Source: an uncultured Planctomycetales bacterium (GTDB lineage Bacteria > Omnitrophota > Gorgyraeia > Zapsychrales > JBDRMG01). From it: 64,000 nt of DNA. Shown one piece after another: positions 49,924 through 59,375 of this stretch. The stretch is from contig CAYZIY010000011.1 in the NCBI GenBank assembly GCA_964478715.1, forward strand, positions 1,980 through 65,979, given 5' to 3'. The notes beneath the pieces are model-generated. The model was not told the origin of the DNA, made no database searches, and saw only the letters and a program-made list of their open reading frames with translations. Position numbers and translations under genes: made by a program. Positions within the stretch are counted from its first letter, which is position 1; each line of letters starts with the position of its first letter.

Positions 49924-50714
49924 AGTGCATTACCCCTCTTTTTTTCGAATAAACATACTAGCCACCAGAATTCTTCTTTTTTTCCTATGCGCCACTGGAT
50001 ACCATCGGTTAAATACTTAATTGTTCTGTTTATCTTAGCGTTATTGGAGTTGCATGCATTACCGCATTGCGGACAAAGAGAAGATTTTTCCCATGCCCAT
50101 TCATTTCCAAGTGTTTGCTTTATATAAAGTAAAATTGGATTTTGATAGGACATTTTTGAACAAAATACGTATGTTTGAAGAGTGAATAATGAAAATAATC
50201 TTGTCAAATGACGTACAGAACGGAAAGATCGCACATGACCCCATGTGTGATAGACAAGACCGCATTGAGAGCATTTCGTGAAACGTTCTCGCAACTGTTC
50301 ATGATAAGGAACGCTGATAATAAGATATTTGCTGGCAATCCTGGATAATTCAGAAACGGCTTTTTGCAAAGTGTCATTCGGTAAATGTTCCAAGACTTGG
50401 CTACAGATCACCATATCAAAAGAATTATCCTTAAAGGAAATGGTGCATATATTGCCAAGTATTCTTTTCGTCTTAACATGGCTCAGGGCGATTTGGCTTC
50501 GATCAAAGGCCATAAGAGAATATTGCTCATCAATAAGGTAATTTGTCAAAGAACCGTCGCCACAACCCACATCAAGAATCGTCTTCACGTCTTGAGGAAT
50601 CAAGGCCTTTATCAAGCGTGCCTTTTTCATAAATTCTTCGTTCTGAGTTAAAATTCCCCAGTGCTCAGGTTGTTCATAGAGTTTTTTGTTATCAAAATCT
50701 TTTTTAACAATCAT
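49920..50714 (-). CDS. class I SAM-dependent methyltransferase with C-terminal zinc ribbon
   Basis: LDVGCGDGSL motif I; CSQCG...CPQCG. Confidence 0.65.
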   Translation of the reverse strand: MIVKKDFDNKKLYEQPEHWGILTQNEEFMKKARLIKALIPQDVKTILDVGCGDGSLTNYLIDEQYSLMAFDRSQIALSHVKTKRILGNICTISFKDNSFDMVICSQVLEHLPNDTLQKAVSELSRIASKYLIISVPYHEQLRERFTKCSQCGLVYHTWGHVRSFRSVRHLTRLFSLFTLQTYVFCSKMSYQNPILLYIKQTLGNEWAWEKSSLCPQCGNACNSNNAKINRTIKYLTDGIQWRIGKKEEFWWLVCLFEKKRGNAL

Positions 50715-52215
50715 GATAAGTAAGTATTTTTTGGTTTTGAATCTGTTCCAGCTGTGATAAATATAAAAGCAGAGGAGGTTTTATCCACCAAATGCTCTTT
50801 CGATAATTTTTACTGACCAAACAATGCATTAACCGTGGAACAATATAGGTGCTTTTAATAAAATGAGATCGCCCCTTCCTGACAAAAAGTAAATAGTATA
50901 AGAGCGACCTTAGAAATTCTGATCGACATGCTTGGGGATCAATACCCATAGCATGCTTTTGTTCAAATGGAATATGGGCAAATTGAGGGTAAGCGTGATA
51001 GATTGTATCTGTATGCAAATTACTGTCCATCCGCACATGAATAGGTAGAGAAGATAAAAATGTGCGCAGATCGAAATCAAGATAGGGGCTGTAAATACAT
51101 GGGATATCGCTTAAAATTGCGTATGGCGATAAACTGATTTCTCGCCTTCTTTTGTTCCAGAAGTAAAAAGAGCTGATCGGATGCGGTGTGTCAACATGAT
51201 TTTTTAGCTCAGAGACCAAATGATCAGTAGCGCAATCGATATGCATACGTTTATAGGATTCCGGAGTTAGTATGAGTTGAGCGATGTCCTCACCCATAAC
51301 CCAGTATTGAAATAATATCTTTGATAGTTCTTTTAAGCGTTCTTCTTTGAAATTTTCAATTTGTTCAGGTACAAATGTTTTCCAATCGCTGCCAAGCCCG
51401 TCGTAAATCAATTTTGTTTTACCTTTGAGAAAATCGGCTAAGATAAGTATCTGGGCATGTTCATCAGTACACATATTGGTTATGAAATTTTTTCTGATTT
51501 CATTTTTGAAGAGCTTCACTTGTTGTTTAAGCGTAATATGCTCTATCTTAAGCTCTGAACATAGGTGTTTTGCAATTCTGACATCCTCATCGGAACGTGG
51601 CGGGTAATGATCATGGGTTACGCAGAATTTCGGTTTATAACCAAGTCTATTGAGTTCTAAGAGAATGTGCCTTGAGTCTCGACCACCGCTTAAAGGAATG
51701 ACAAAATTATTATCTTTTGGCAATCGTCGTTTCATGGACTGCTGGAATAAAGATGCGTATCTATAAACGGCATCATGCCTGGTTATTTGTAGGCATTTTG
51801 TTTGAGCGCACTGTCCTTTTAATACCAAGCCGTCTTTATTCCATTGAAATTTAACAATAGGCGGTAAGGCGCGTATGTATTTAAAGGGAGTATCGTTACC
51901 AATGAAAAAACCTAATCGGATAAATACCGATAAAGCTTTGTAGTCTATTTCACGGGATGCTCCCTCCTCAAATAGCTTCCATATCGACGGTGAGAGGCCG
52001 ATTTCACCATTATGGCAATAGTAATACAGCGGATAAAATCCAAACGGATCGTTTTCAACAGTAAGAGTATTGCCATCCCAATGCCATTTAGCATAGACAC
52101 CATCTGGTTTTTGCCCTGATGAACGGGGAATCTCGTGCCCTAAAAGACAATCAGGAGAGCCTTTTACTTCGAATTGGCCGTTTATTTTTTTTGCATGGAA
52201 ATATGATTTATTCAT
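50704..52215 (-). CDS. asparagine synthase-like amidotransferase (exosortase-locus-associated type)
   Basis: PP-loop IPLSGGRDSRHIL; no N-terminal Cys glutaminase nucleophile. Confidence 0.65.
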   Translation of the reverse strand: MNKSYFHAKKINGQFEVKGSPDCLLGHEIPRSSGQKPDGVYAKWHWDGNTLTVENDPFGFYPLYYYCHNGEIGLSPSIWKLFEEGASREIDYKALSVFIRLGFFIGNDTPFKYIRALPPIVKFQWNKDGLVLKGQCAQTKCLQITRHDAVYRYASLFQQSMKRRLPKDNNFVIPLSGGRDSRHILLELNRLGYKPKFCVTHDHYPPRSDEDVRIAKHLCSELKIEHITLKQQVKLFKNEIRKNFITNMCTDEHAQILILADFLKGKTKLIYDGLGSDWKTFVPEQIENFKEERLKELSKILFQYWVMGEDIAQLILTPESYKRMHIDCATDHLVSELKNHVDTPHPISSFYFWNKRRREISLSPYAILSDIPCIYSPYLDFDLRTFLSSLPIHVRMDSNLHTDTIYHAYPQFAHIPFEQKHAMGIDPQACRSEFLRSLLYYLLFVRKGRSHFIKSTYIVPRLMHCLVSKNYRKSIWWIKPPLLLYLSQLEQIQNQKILTYHDC

Positions 52216-53191
52216 GGCTTGAGTGTTTTTCTAACAATATGTTGCTTTCATTAAGATTCGACATACAAAATATGAATTTTGTTAGAAGAAATCTCCATAT
52301 TTGTCTGTTGATTGGTTTTCGTATCAGCGCTTTACACAAAAGACTTAAAGAATCGCTATATTCACCCGCTTGATACAAACGCGTTGACCAGTGATAATAG
52401 CTTTCAGCCATTAGGTGCATTTTCTCAAAGAACCCCGTGGATAAATCTGGCCTTTCAATATCTTGACACGTGACGTCTTTAAGTTTGTGTTCTCTCGCAA
52501 ATTGGCGCATTCTTTCAGCGGATTGAGTTTGCCTGATACTGCTTGTAATGGAAATAGAATGGAGATTGATCCTTCGATAACACAATAATTGATCCAAACA
52601 AGCAAAGTTTTGGGTTTCCGAAGATCTAAGATAAAAATCGTAATCTGGCGCGCAATACAAGCCATCACGATAGAAATGCACAGATTCAAAATTTATTTTG
52701 CGAAACATAATCGAGCTATGGATAAGCGGATTACAAGACCTGAATGAATTTTTGATATCACTATCGCTTAACGGGGATTTTATTTCTGAAAAAACTTTTC
52801 CATTCTCATTAATCAGATAGCAGTAAGTCGCGCAAAGGGCGATGTCGGGATGTTTGTCTAAGAATTGAACTTGTTGTTCCAATTTTTCTGGCATCGCGAT
52901 ATCATCCGAATCGAAATTGGCAATGTACTTTCCTTGCGCATGAGAGATCGCTGTATTGCTGGCTGTGGCCGGACCAAGATTTTGATCGTGCCGAAATACT
53001 TTGATTTTTTCAGGATACTTTTGTTCATAATCTCTGGCGATTTTAAGGGTTTTGTCTTTTGAGGCATCATCAACGATAATTAACTCAAAATCCTGAAATG
53101 TCTGAGACAAAAGGCTCTCAATGGCCTCTCTCATGAACCTCGAGGCGTTATAGGCTCCCATCACTACGCTTACTTTTGGTTTTTTCTCCAT
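52208..53191 (-). CDS. glycosyltransferase family 2 with C-terminal extension (divergent paralog C)
   Basis: KVSVVMGAYN...IIVDDASKDKT, DSDD; C-terminal YYHWSTRLYQAGEYSDSL block shared with paralogs A/B. Confidence 0.75.
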   Translation of the reverse strand: MEKKPKVSVVMGAYNASRFMREAIESLLSQTFQDFELIIVDDASKDKTLKIARDYEQKYPEKIKVFRHDQNLGPATASNTAISHAQGKYIANFDSDDIAMPEKLEQQVQFLDKHPDIALCATYCYLINENGKVFSEIKSPLSDSDIKNSFRSCNPLIHSSIMFRKINFESVHFYRDGLYCAPDYDFYLRSSETQNFACLDQLLCYRRINLHSISITSSIRQTQSAERMRQFAREHKLKDVTCQDIERPDLSTGFFEKMHLMAESYYHWSTRLYQAGEYSDSLSLLCKALIRKPINRQIWRFLLTKFIFCMSNLNESNILLEKHSSHE

Positions 53192-53216
53192 GGCTGTTTC
53201 CGTTTATTCAACAATC

Positions 53217-53247
53217 CTGGCCAAGTCTTTATCCAGAAGCTCCTGAT
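53217..53247. repeat. 31-bp direct repeat (left copy), 29/31 identical to 54640-54670
   Basis: tggccaagtctttatccagaagctcctgatt vs tggccaggcctttatccagaagctcctgatt; corresponds to the 3' coding end of the SNase-fusion gene. Confidence 0.6.
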
Positions 53248-53276
53248 TTAGCAACCATCCGTAGGCCAGAATTTCT

Positions 53277-54419
53277 TTACATAAAGCGTCTTGGACTACT
53301 CCAGAGCTGATCAAGGAAGTTTTTCCAGGGAAGTATTTTAATCCCCTGAATAATTCTCGGCCGTTTTTCCAGGCACGCAACGACATAATGCTTGATTCTT
53401 TTCTCTTCTTTGAGCGCCTTCATTCCTCTTAGGTCTCTTGGAGAGATATTGCCCTTTGCCTTGGCTTCCACGGCAAGGTTGTCATTTATTATAAAATCAA
53501 CCTCGTATCCGGATTTGGACCGCCAATAATGAAGATCGCCCAAATTATGATAGTCGACAAACGTTTTCAGCTCGTGCGCCATATATGTCTCAAACGCGTC
53601 TCCGAATTCCGGCGACTTTTCTTTTATTTCCGGCCGATTTTGCAGGTATCGCACCACCCCTGCGTCGAAAAAATAAAATTTCGCGGTTGAAGTGGGCTTT
53701 CGTTTTTGACTCTTTTTCCATGCCGGGACATCAAACCCGATAAGTGTATCGCGCAAAATCTGAAAGTACTCCTGGACCGTACTGGCGGGTACCTGGGCGT
53801 CATTGGCTATATTGGCATAATTGATCAACAAGCTGTTGCAGGCGGCCGCAACCTGCAGAAACCTGCTGAATGCCGGGACATTTCTGACCAGTCCCTCGGC
53901 TGCGACCTCTTCTTTTAAATAGTTTCCGGAATAGGCCTTCAAATCCTGCTCAGGGGAGTCAGAAAAATAAATCGAAGGAATCAAACCGTTATTCAGCGCT
54001 TTGCGTAAATCGAATTTTTCCTTAAGTTCACGGTAAATAAACGGATGCAGGTTTGCCGAACGCGCCCGGCCGCCCAAAAGGTTGACGCCTCCTCTGCGCA
54101 GTTTTCTGGCGCTTGATCCTGTCAACAGAAAATGAATTCTTTGCTTTTCAATAATCCGATGTACTTCATCAAGCAGAAAAGGTAATTTCTGAATTTCGTC
54201 AATTATAATGATCTTTTCTTTGGACCGTATTTCCTGTTCAAGCCTTTTTGGCTCGCGGCTTAAAGTCAAATAGATATCGTTGTCCAAGAGATCATAGACG
54301 CGGAATTGTTTCAAGCTATGGGCTATCAGCGTGGATTTTCCCGTCTGCCTCGCGCCAAAAAGAAATAGTGACTTGCTCTTTAACGCTTTTAGGACGTCAA
54401 TCTGACGGTCGATATACAT
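53277..54419 (-). CDS. AAA+ ATPase with C-terminal DUF4143 / PD-(D/E)xK-like domain (COG1373 family), second copy
   Basis: Walker A GARQTGKST, Walker B IIIDEIQ; C-terminal GYEVDFII...VEAK. Confidence 0.7.
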   Translation of the reverse strand: MYIDRQIDVLKALKSKSLFLFGARQTGKSTLIAHSLKQFRVYDLLDNDIYLTLSREPKRLEQEIRSKEKIIIIDEIQKLPFLLDEVHRIIEKQRIHFLLTGSSARKLRRGGVNLLGGRARSANLHPFIYRELKEKFDLRKALNNGLIPSIYFSDSPEQDLKAYSGNYLKEEVAAEGLVRNVPAFSRFLQVAAACNSLLINYANIANDAQVPASTVQEYFQILRDTLIGFDVPAWKKSQKRKPTSTAKFYFFDAGVVRYLQNRPEIKEKSPEFGDAFETYMAHELKTFVDYHNLGDLHYWRSKSGYEVDFIINDNLAVEAKAKGNISPRDLRGMKALKEEKRIKHYVVACLEKRPRIIQGIKILPWKNFLDQLWSSPRRFM

Positions 54420-54538
54420 AAAATCCTCCTAGGTTAAATGACATATATGTTGTTGATTATCATGACATACAACGATATAGTTGTCAAATAAAATATGCTT
54501 AAAATTATCCTCGATCTCCATTCTTCTGTTTTTATCCA

Positions 54539-54610
54539 GGGACATACCCCGAATCAGGTAAAGGTGTGTCCCTCAGGGGTCATACCAACACATAAATCGG
54601 GGTATGTCCC
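54539..54610. repeat. 72-bp palindromic element (14-bp perfect inverted arms gggacataccccga / tcggggtatgtccc with internal sub-repeats)
   Basis: Read directly; lies between the ATPase gene and the right-hand direct repeat. Confidence 0.6.
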
Positions 54611-54625
54611 TGAGCCTGAAGTAGG

Positions 54626-55435
54626 TTACTCCACTATTCTGGCCAGGCCTTTATCCAGAAGCTCCTGATTGAGAAGGCGACCATGGCTTAAAATTGTTTC
54701 TTTATCCGTCTCCCCTTTCAAATACCAGAGATCCACAATGTAGCGGCCGAATTTGCCGGCTTTATACGAGCGGATAACAACACCGCCCTCAGAGAGGCAA
54801 TCCTCGACAAATACTTTGGCTTGGCCGCCTTTTTTCGTCCCTTTTTCCGGGCAGTTAATGCCCCGCAAACGCACTTTGTGCTCCATTTTGGCCTTGAAAC
54901 CGACATCGATATCAAGAACAAGCGTGTCGGCATCAACAACCCGGGCTACCTGTGCCGCATAGGTATATAATTTTTGGTTAAGATCTCTGAGCCGGGGCCC
55001 GTCATTTTTGTTTGTGGCCCCGGCTTCACATCTGTTTTCGTAATAATTATTGCGGATTCTCAATCGCAGTTCATGTGAGCTCCACTGATTGAGCGCGGCA
55101 CTTTGGATATAGAAGGAGCGCTCTTTTCTGTCGGCCACATACAAAAGGGCGGCATAATGCGACCAATTCAGCGGATGTCCCTCGATTTCATCTTTAAATC
55201 CGTCCGGATATTGCCGGAAAAAACGAACGCATTTTTCCAGCGTTCCTCTGGATGCGCCCGCATCGAGCGCGATATTCTTAATGACTTCTCCGCTTTTACG
55301 GGTGTAACCATAAACAGACTCTCCGATGATCCAGTAGGCATTGAGCGTCTGAAGACGCTCATCATCGTTAGCTGTGTACTGCTCGACTTTCTCCAGTCTT
55401 TTTTGAATATCTTTAACTAGTTTTTGATAAGACAT
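54626..55435 (-). CDS. nuclease-domain fusion protein: YhcG/DUF1016-like N-terminal domain + staphylococcal nuclease (SNase/thermonuclease) domain
   Basis: C-terminal VVDADTLVLDI...KVRLRGINCPEK SNase catalytic signature; N-terminal ~130 aa resemble the DUF1016 N-domain (uncertain). Confidence 0.55.
   Translation of the reverse strand: MSYQKLVKDIQKRLEKVEQYTANDDERLQTLNAYWIIGESVYGYTRKSGEVIKNIALDAGASRGTLEKCVRFFRQYPDGFKDEIEGHPLNWSHYAALLYVADRKERSFYIQSAALNQWSSHELRLRIRNNYYENRCEAGATNKNDGPRLRDLNQKLYTYAAQVARVVDADTLVLDIDVGFKAKMEHKVRLRGINCPEKGTKKGGQAKVFVEDCLSEGGVVIRSYKAGKFGRYIVDLWYLKGETDKETILSHGRLLNQELLDKGLARIVE
54640..54670. repeat. 31-bp direct repeat (right copy) at the 3' end of the SNase-fusion gene
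   Basis: See left copy. Confidence 0.6.
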
Positions 55436-55456
55436 AAGACGCAGAATGCTTGAATG

Positions 55457-56071
55457 CTAAAGCAAAATATGTTCAAGTTTTCTTTTTACGCATAAACGAA
55501 TTTTATCGTCTTTTATTTTCCTGACCCACGTACGAGCTGATTTAAAACAAAATTTTTTTCCTAAATACAGCTCCGGAAAATGACCAAATTGTTTCTTTTT
55601 TCTTGTGGATAAATATAAACAATCAACTAATGCCTTCTCCGGCTCAGCTATAAGGAATTTCCCCGTCTTTTTGTACCAGCTGAAACCCTGGAAAAATTCA
55701 GGACATATTTTGTGAATCTGAAAAGTTCCCAAAGAGGTGCTAACGGATCGACTATGAGCGGTTGAAGCCAAAGTGATAACTTGTGGTATTTGCTCCACAA
55801 TGCCGTGAAGGTGCAAGGCGCTCAGGAAAGAGACATAGGCGCGGTGTTTATCAAACAAGAGAGGTATCATTTGATAGGGGCTTACATTTCGTTGATCCCC
55901 TTGGGACCATACGCCTCTGTAAACACGCTGAACCAATCCCTGTTTTTCTAAGTGAACCAATGACTGATTGATAGCAGACGCGGATTTTCCTGAAAGAGAC
56001 ACAAGTTCTCTAGTCGCAAATACAGGTCTCTCTATTTTCTTAATAAAAAACATTAAAGACCGTTTCTCCAT
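55457..56071 (-). CDS. AbiEi-family antitoxin-like transcriptional regulator (type IV TA)
   Basis: N-terminal wHTH-like segment; immediately downstream of, and co-oriented with, an AbiEii-like gene. Confidence 0.45.
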   Translation of the reverse strand: MEKRSLMFFIKKIERPVFATRELVSLSGKSASAINQSLVHLEKQGLVQRVYRGVWSQGDQRNVSPYQMIPLLFDKHRAYVSFLSALHLHGIVEQIPQVITLASTAHSRSVSTSLGTFQIHKICPEFFQGFSWYKKTGKFLIAEPEKALVDCLYLSTRKKKQFGHFPELYLGKKFCFKSARTWVRKIKDDKIRLCVKRKLEHILL

Positions 56072-56075
56072 ATCA

Positions 56076-56852
56076 CTATCCCAATTCTTCTAAAAAACCA
56101 ATTGTTTTTAATTTGATTTCATCCCAGTTATTTTCATTAGTGTACAAAGATTGATCTTCCGCGCTGAAATAAGCGACGACTGAATCTCGAAATTGTTCAT
56201 AGCTGACTTGATACACATTTTCCGAAGCTTTTTTCAATTTATCCGGGTTGACTTTGAGTTTTCCCTCTATCTCGGAATCATATTGTGAATTCAGAATATA
56301 CAGATCGAAAATATCCCTGGCCTGAAGCTCTTTGCGGTTTATCAGGGCATCAATTTTTTGTGTGATGGCCGATGAAATTTTGTAATGGGATATTAATAAT
56401 GGCGCCAATCGATAATGCCGGAGAATGGAGCTGGAGACAGATTCAACTTCTGCTTGGCCGCGAAAGCCCCTCCGGGAAAACTCAATTTTTGTAAACAAAT
56501 CTTCGCCTGAGGAGTTCAACAAATGAATCTTAAATCGTTGCGTTGTTTTTGTTTGTTTAGCGTATTTCATATCAGGCGGAATCAACCGCTCAACACCAAA
56601 CGAATTCAGTATGTCATGAAATGAAGCCGCGGTGAGAATATCCATGACAGTATCTTTGATTTTGTAAACCGCAATATCGCAAATATCCAGATCCATATCT
56701 TCTGAGTAGCGGAAGCTTTTAAAGAAAAATCTTAAATTTGATCCGCCTTTAAGCGCGAAGAAACTCTGCTTAACTTTCCTGGAAAACAGCCGAAGGAATT
56801 CCAGATGAAAGATTTCTCGTAAATCCAGATTATTGTATGATTTTGCGTTCAT
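56076..56852 (-). CDS. AbiEii/AbiGii-family nucleotidyltransferase toxin
   Basis: LKGGSNLRFFF...SEDMDLDI pol-beta-like NTase motifs (GS...D.D). Confidence 0.55.
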   Translation of the reverse strand: MNAKSYNNLDLREIFHLEFLRLFSRKVKQSFFALKGGSNLRFFFKSFRYSEDMDLDICDIAVYKIKDTVMDILTAASFHDILNSFGVERLIPPDMKYAKQTKTTQRFKIHLLNSSGEDLFTKIEFSRRGFRGQAEVESVSSSILRHYRLAPLLISHYKISSAITQKIDALINRKELQARDIFDLYILNSQYDSEIEGKLKVNPDKLKKASENVYQVSYEQFRDSVVAYFSAEDQSLYTNENNWDEIKLKTIGFLEELG

Positions 56853-56969
56853 ATAATGTATTATAACTTAGTTATGACTAAACAACAACGCATAATTAAA
56901 ATTATTATATATTCATTATGTTCAGGGACAACCATTTATCTGGTTCAGGATACGTCGCTGGTCTTAATT

Positions 56970-57923
56970 TTATCTATTTTCCATTTCGCGAAAGCATTTC
57001 ACCGTATATCTAAGACCTTCCTCAAAATTGACCAGAGGTTTATATCCGATAACCTTACCCGCCTTCGAAATATCCGCATGGGTTTTAAAGACATCGCCGG
57101 CGCGGACATCTAGATGCTGAGGTTTGATATCTTTTCCGATGATCTGATTAAGCAGATCAACGAGTTCTAAGACGGTATGATCCCTGCCATTGGCTACATT
57201 GAGAACCTCATGCTTGATGCCGGGTGTGGTGGCGGCCAGGATATTGGCTGAGACAACATTATCGATATAAGTGAAATCGCGCGACTGCTTGCCGTTTCCG
57301 AAAATCGGCGGTTGCTCATCATTGAGAATACTGGTCGTGAATTTGGGAATCACGACCGCATATTCATCATCCAGGGCCTGCCGGGGGCCGAAGACATTGA
57401 AATAGCGAAGGCACACGGTCTCAACGCCAAAAAATTCGGCGAAGATCCGGCAGTAATATTCGCCGGTTAATTTAGATAGCGCATAGGGCGAAATCAGTAG
57501 CGGAAGCTGATCCTCTTTTTCGGGGAATTGATCCGTATCGCCATAAATCGAACTGGATGAGGCCAGAACAAACCGTTTAACCTGATGCTTGGCGGCCGCC
57601 TGAAGCATAAAGAGCGTTCCATCGATATTGACATGATTATAGGTCAGCGGATCTTTCATGGATTTGGGCACTGAGCGCGCCGCCGCCTGATGCAGTACAT
57701 AATCAATGCCCTCGCAGGCCTTGTCGCACACCAGAGCGTCACGGATATCGCCGCGGATCAGTTCGAATTTTTCGATGGATAATTTTTTAGCGAAAGCAAG
57801 ATTTTCTTCTTTTCCGGATGAAAAATTATCCAATACACGGACAAAATCATCACCCTGAATTAGTTTCTCAGTGATATTGGAGCCGATGAACCCGGCTCCC
57901 CCTGTGACGAGATAACGTGCCAT
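56970..57923 (-). CDS. NAD-dependent epimerase/dehydratase (UDP-sugar 4-epimerase, WbpP/CapD-like)
   Basis: TGGAGFIGSN Rossmann motif, YALSK catalytic dyad region. Confidence 0.8.
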   Translation of the reverse strand: MARYLVTGGAGFIGSNITEKLIQGDDFVRVLDNFSSGKEENLAFAKKLSIEKFELIRGDIRDALVCDKACEGIDYVLHQAAARSVPKSMKDPLTYNHVNIDGTLFMLQAAAKHQVKRFVLASSSSIYGDTDQFPEKEDQLPLLISPYALSKLTGEYYCRIFAEFFGVETVCLRYFNVFGPRQALDDEYAVVIPKFTTSILNDEQPPIFGNGKQSRDFTYIDNVVSANILAATTPGIKHEVLNVANGRDHTVLELVDLLNQIIGKDIKPQHLDVRAGDVFKTHADISKAGKVIGYKPLVNFEEGLRYTVKCFREMENR

Positions 57924-59190
57924 GGGGCATCCTTTCTTTAATCAGATGATTCCTTATTAATGTTCGATAGAGCCTTTGAAATTGATCGGCCACCTGTGGC
58001 CAGGTGAATTTTTCTAAAACTTTTTGATAGCCGCAGCGGCCCAGCCGCGTTCGCATTCTTTTGTTTTTCAATAAAGTCGTGATTTGATCGGCCAGTTCAT
58101 GATCATTTTCATACGCATAAAGCAGACCGTCTTTGTTTTCATCCACAACAGAACCCGGAGCCGAATTTCGGGTGGTGATCACCGGTTTCTGGCAGGCCCA
58201 GGCCTCAAGCAAAACGATCCCGAAAGATTCGCTGACCGATGGTAAGACTAAACAGTCGCTGGCATGGCAAATTTCATTCTTTTGGGATTCACTGAAATGA
58301 TTGATGATCAAAACACGCTCCCGGTCTTTGGATTTCAGCGTTTTGATTTTATTTTTTAATGCTTTTTTGTAATTTTCACTCAAAGATCCGGCCAGGATGA
58401 GTCTGGCTTTGGGGATTTTTTCACAAACGAGCGCGAAAGCCTGGATCAAGCCATCAATGCCTTTTTCTTTTGACAAGCGGCCCATATAGAGAATGACAGG
58501 ATCTTTTTTCAGTCCATAGATCGATCGAAAGTCGTTTGTTGGCGGTACGGGAAAATCCGAAAAATCGATCGCCGGAGAGATAACCCTGATTTTATGGGGA
58601 TCAATGCCTTTTTGAATCAAAAAATTCTTTTCAAATTCGGTGAGCGCGACCACGCAATCGCAATCTTGAAGGGCCGTATAAATAAAGGGATTTTTAACCC
58701 ACTGATCATGAATATGCAAACAGGGAATAATCACATAAGGAAATTTGCGGATGCGATGCGCCAGATAGGCCCAGATAGTGCTGGCATTGCAGGAGTTAAT
58801 ATTGCAGACCACATCGGGCTTATGCGCGAGGATTGCCTGGATGCTTTGGGGGACGACTCCTCCTCTTTGCATCATCGCAAACCAATCTTTCAAAATCGCG
58901 CGAGATAATCGGTATCCGCCTCTGATTTTCGGTAAATGTTTAAACACGAACTGTTGAATTCTTTTCGACGGAGGAAAACGCCGTATTTTAACGCCGTTTA
59001 AGGTTTCATAGCTAAGCAAAGAATTGATTTGGCCATTGGGATTGCGCAGTTGATTAATCGTCAAAGCTTTGGCGGTAAAAACAGTGACATCCTCTCCCTT
59101 TCGGGTCAGGTGTTCGGAGAGTTTCTTAAGATGGATTTGATTCCCTCCGATGGATGGATGGTAAAGATGGCTTATGTGCAGTATTCTCAT
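57868..59190 (-). CDS. glycosyltransferase family 4
   Basis: LPSVSESFGIVLLEAWACQKPVITT. Confidence 0.7.
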   Translation of the reverse strand: MRILHISHLYHPSIGGNQIHLKKLSEHLTRKGEDVTVFTAKALTINQLRNPNGQINSLLSYETLNGVKIRRFPPSKRIQQFVFKHLPKIRGGYRLSRAILKDWFAMMQRGGVVPQSIQAILAHKPDVVCNINSCNASTIWAYLAHRIRKFPYVIIPCLHIHDQWVKNPFIYTALQDCDCVVALTEFEKNFLIQKGIDPHKIRVISPAIDFSDFPVPPTNDFRSIYGLKKDPVILYMGRLSKEKGIDGLIQAFALVCEKIPKARLILAGSLSENYKKALKNKIKTLKSKDRERVLIINHFSESQKNEICHASDCLVLPSVSESFGIVLLEAWACQKPVITTRNSAPGSVVDENKDGLLYAYENDHELADQITTLLKNKRMRTRLGRCGYQKVLEKFTWPQVADQFQRLYRTLIRNHLIKERMPHGTLSRHRGSRVHRLQYH

Positions 59191-59257
59191 GGCTTAATAG
59201 CTTGGGCACAAGCGCACAAGACACAAGGCCACAAGATAATACAGAACCTTATAGATA

Positions 59258-59338
59258 TGTGACTTTGTGACACTGTGAATTTGACCTGTGACTTTGTGAC
59301 ACTGTGAATTTGTGAATTTGACCTGTGACTTTGTGACC
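59258..59338. repeat. tandem direct repeats of a 29-bp unit (tgtgactttgtgacactgtgaatttgacc), x2.5 with a 9-bp internal duplication
   Basis: Read directly; 8 TGTGA(C/A) pentamers in 80 bp plus one more at ~59369. Confidence 0.7.
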
Positions 59339-59375
59339 AACCTTTATCTTTTTTTGTTATTGCGACTTGTGACGT

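Noticed and set aside
59258-59338. TGTGAC repeat array as a possible CRISPR array
   Set aside because: The units are contiguous with no unique spacers, there are only ~2.5 copies of 29 bp, and no cas genes are present. It is a tandem repeat in a regulatory gap.
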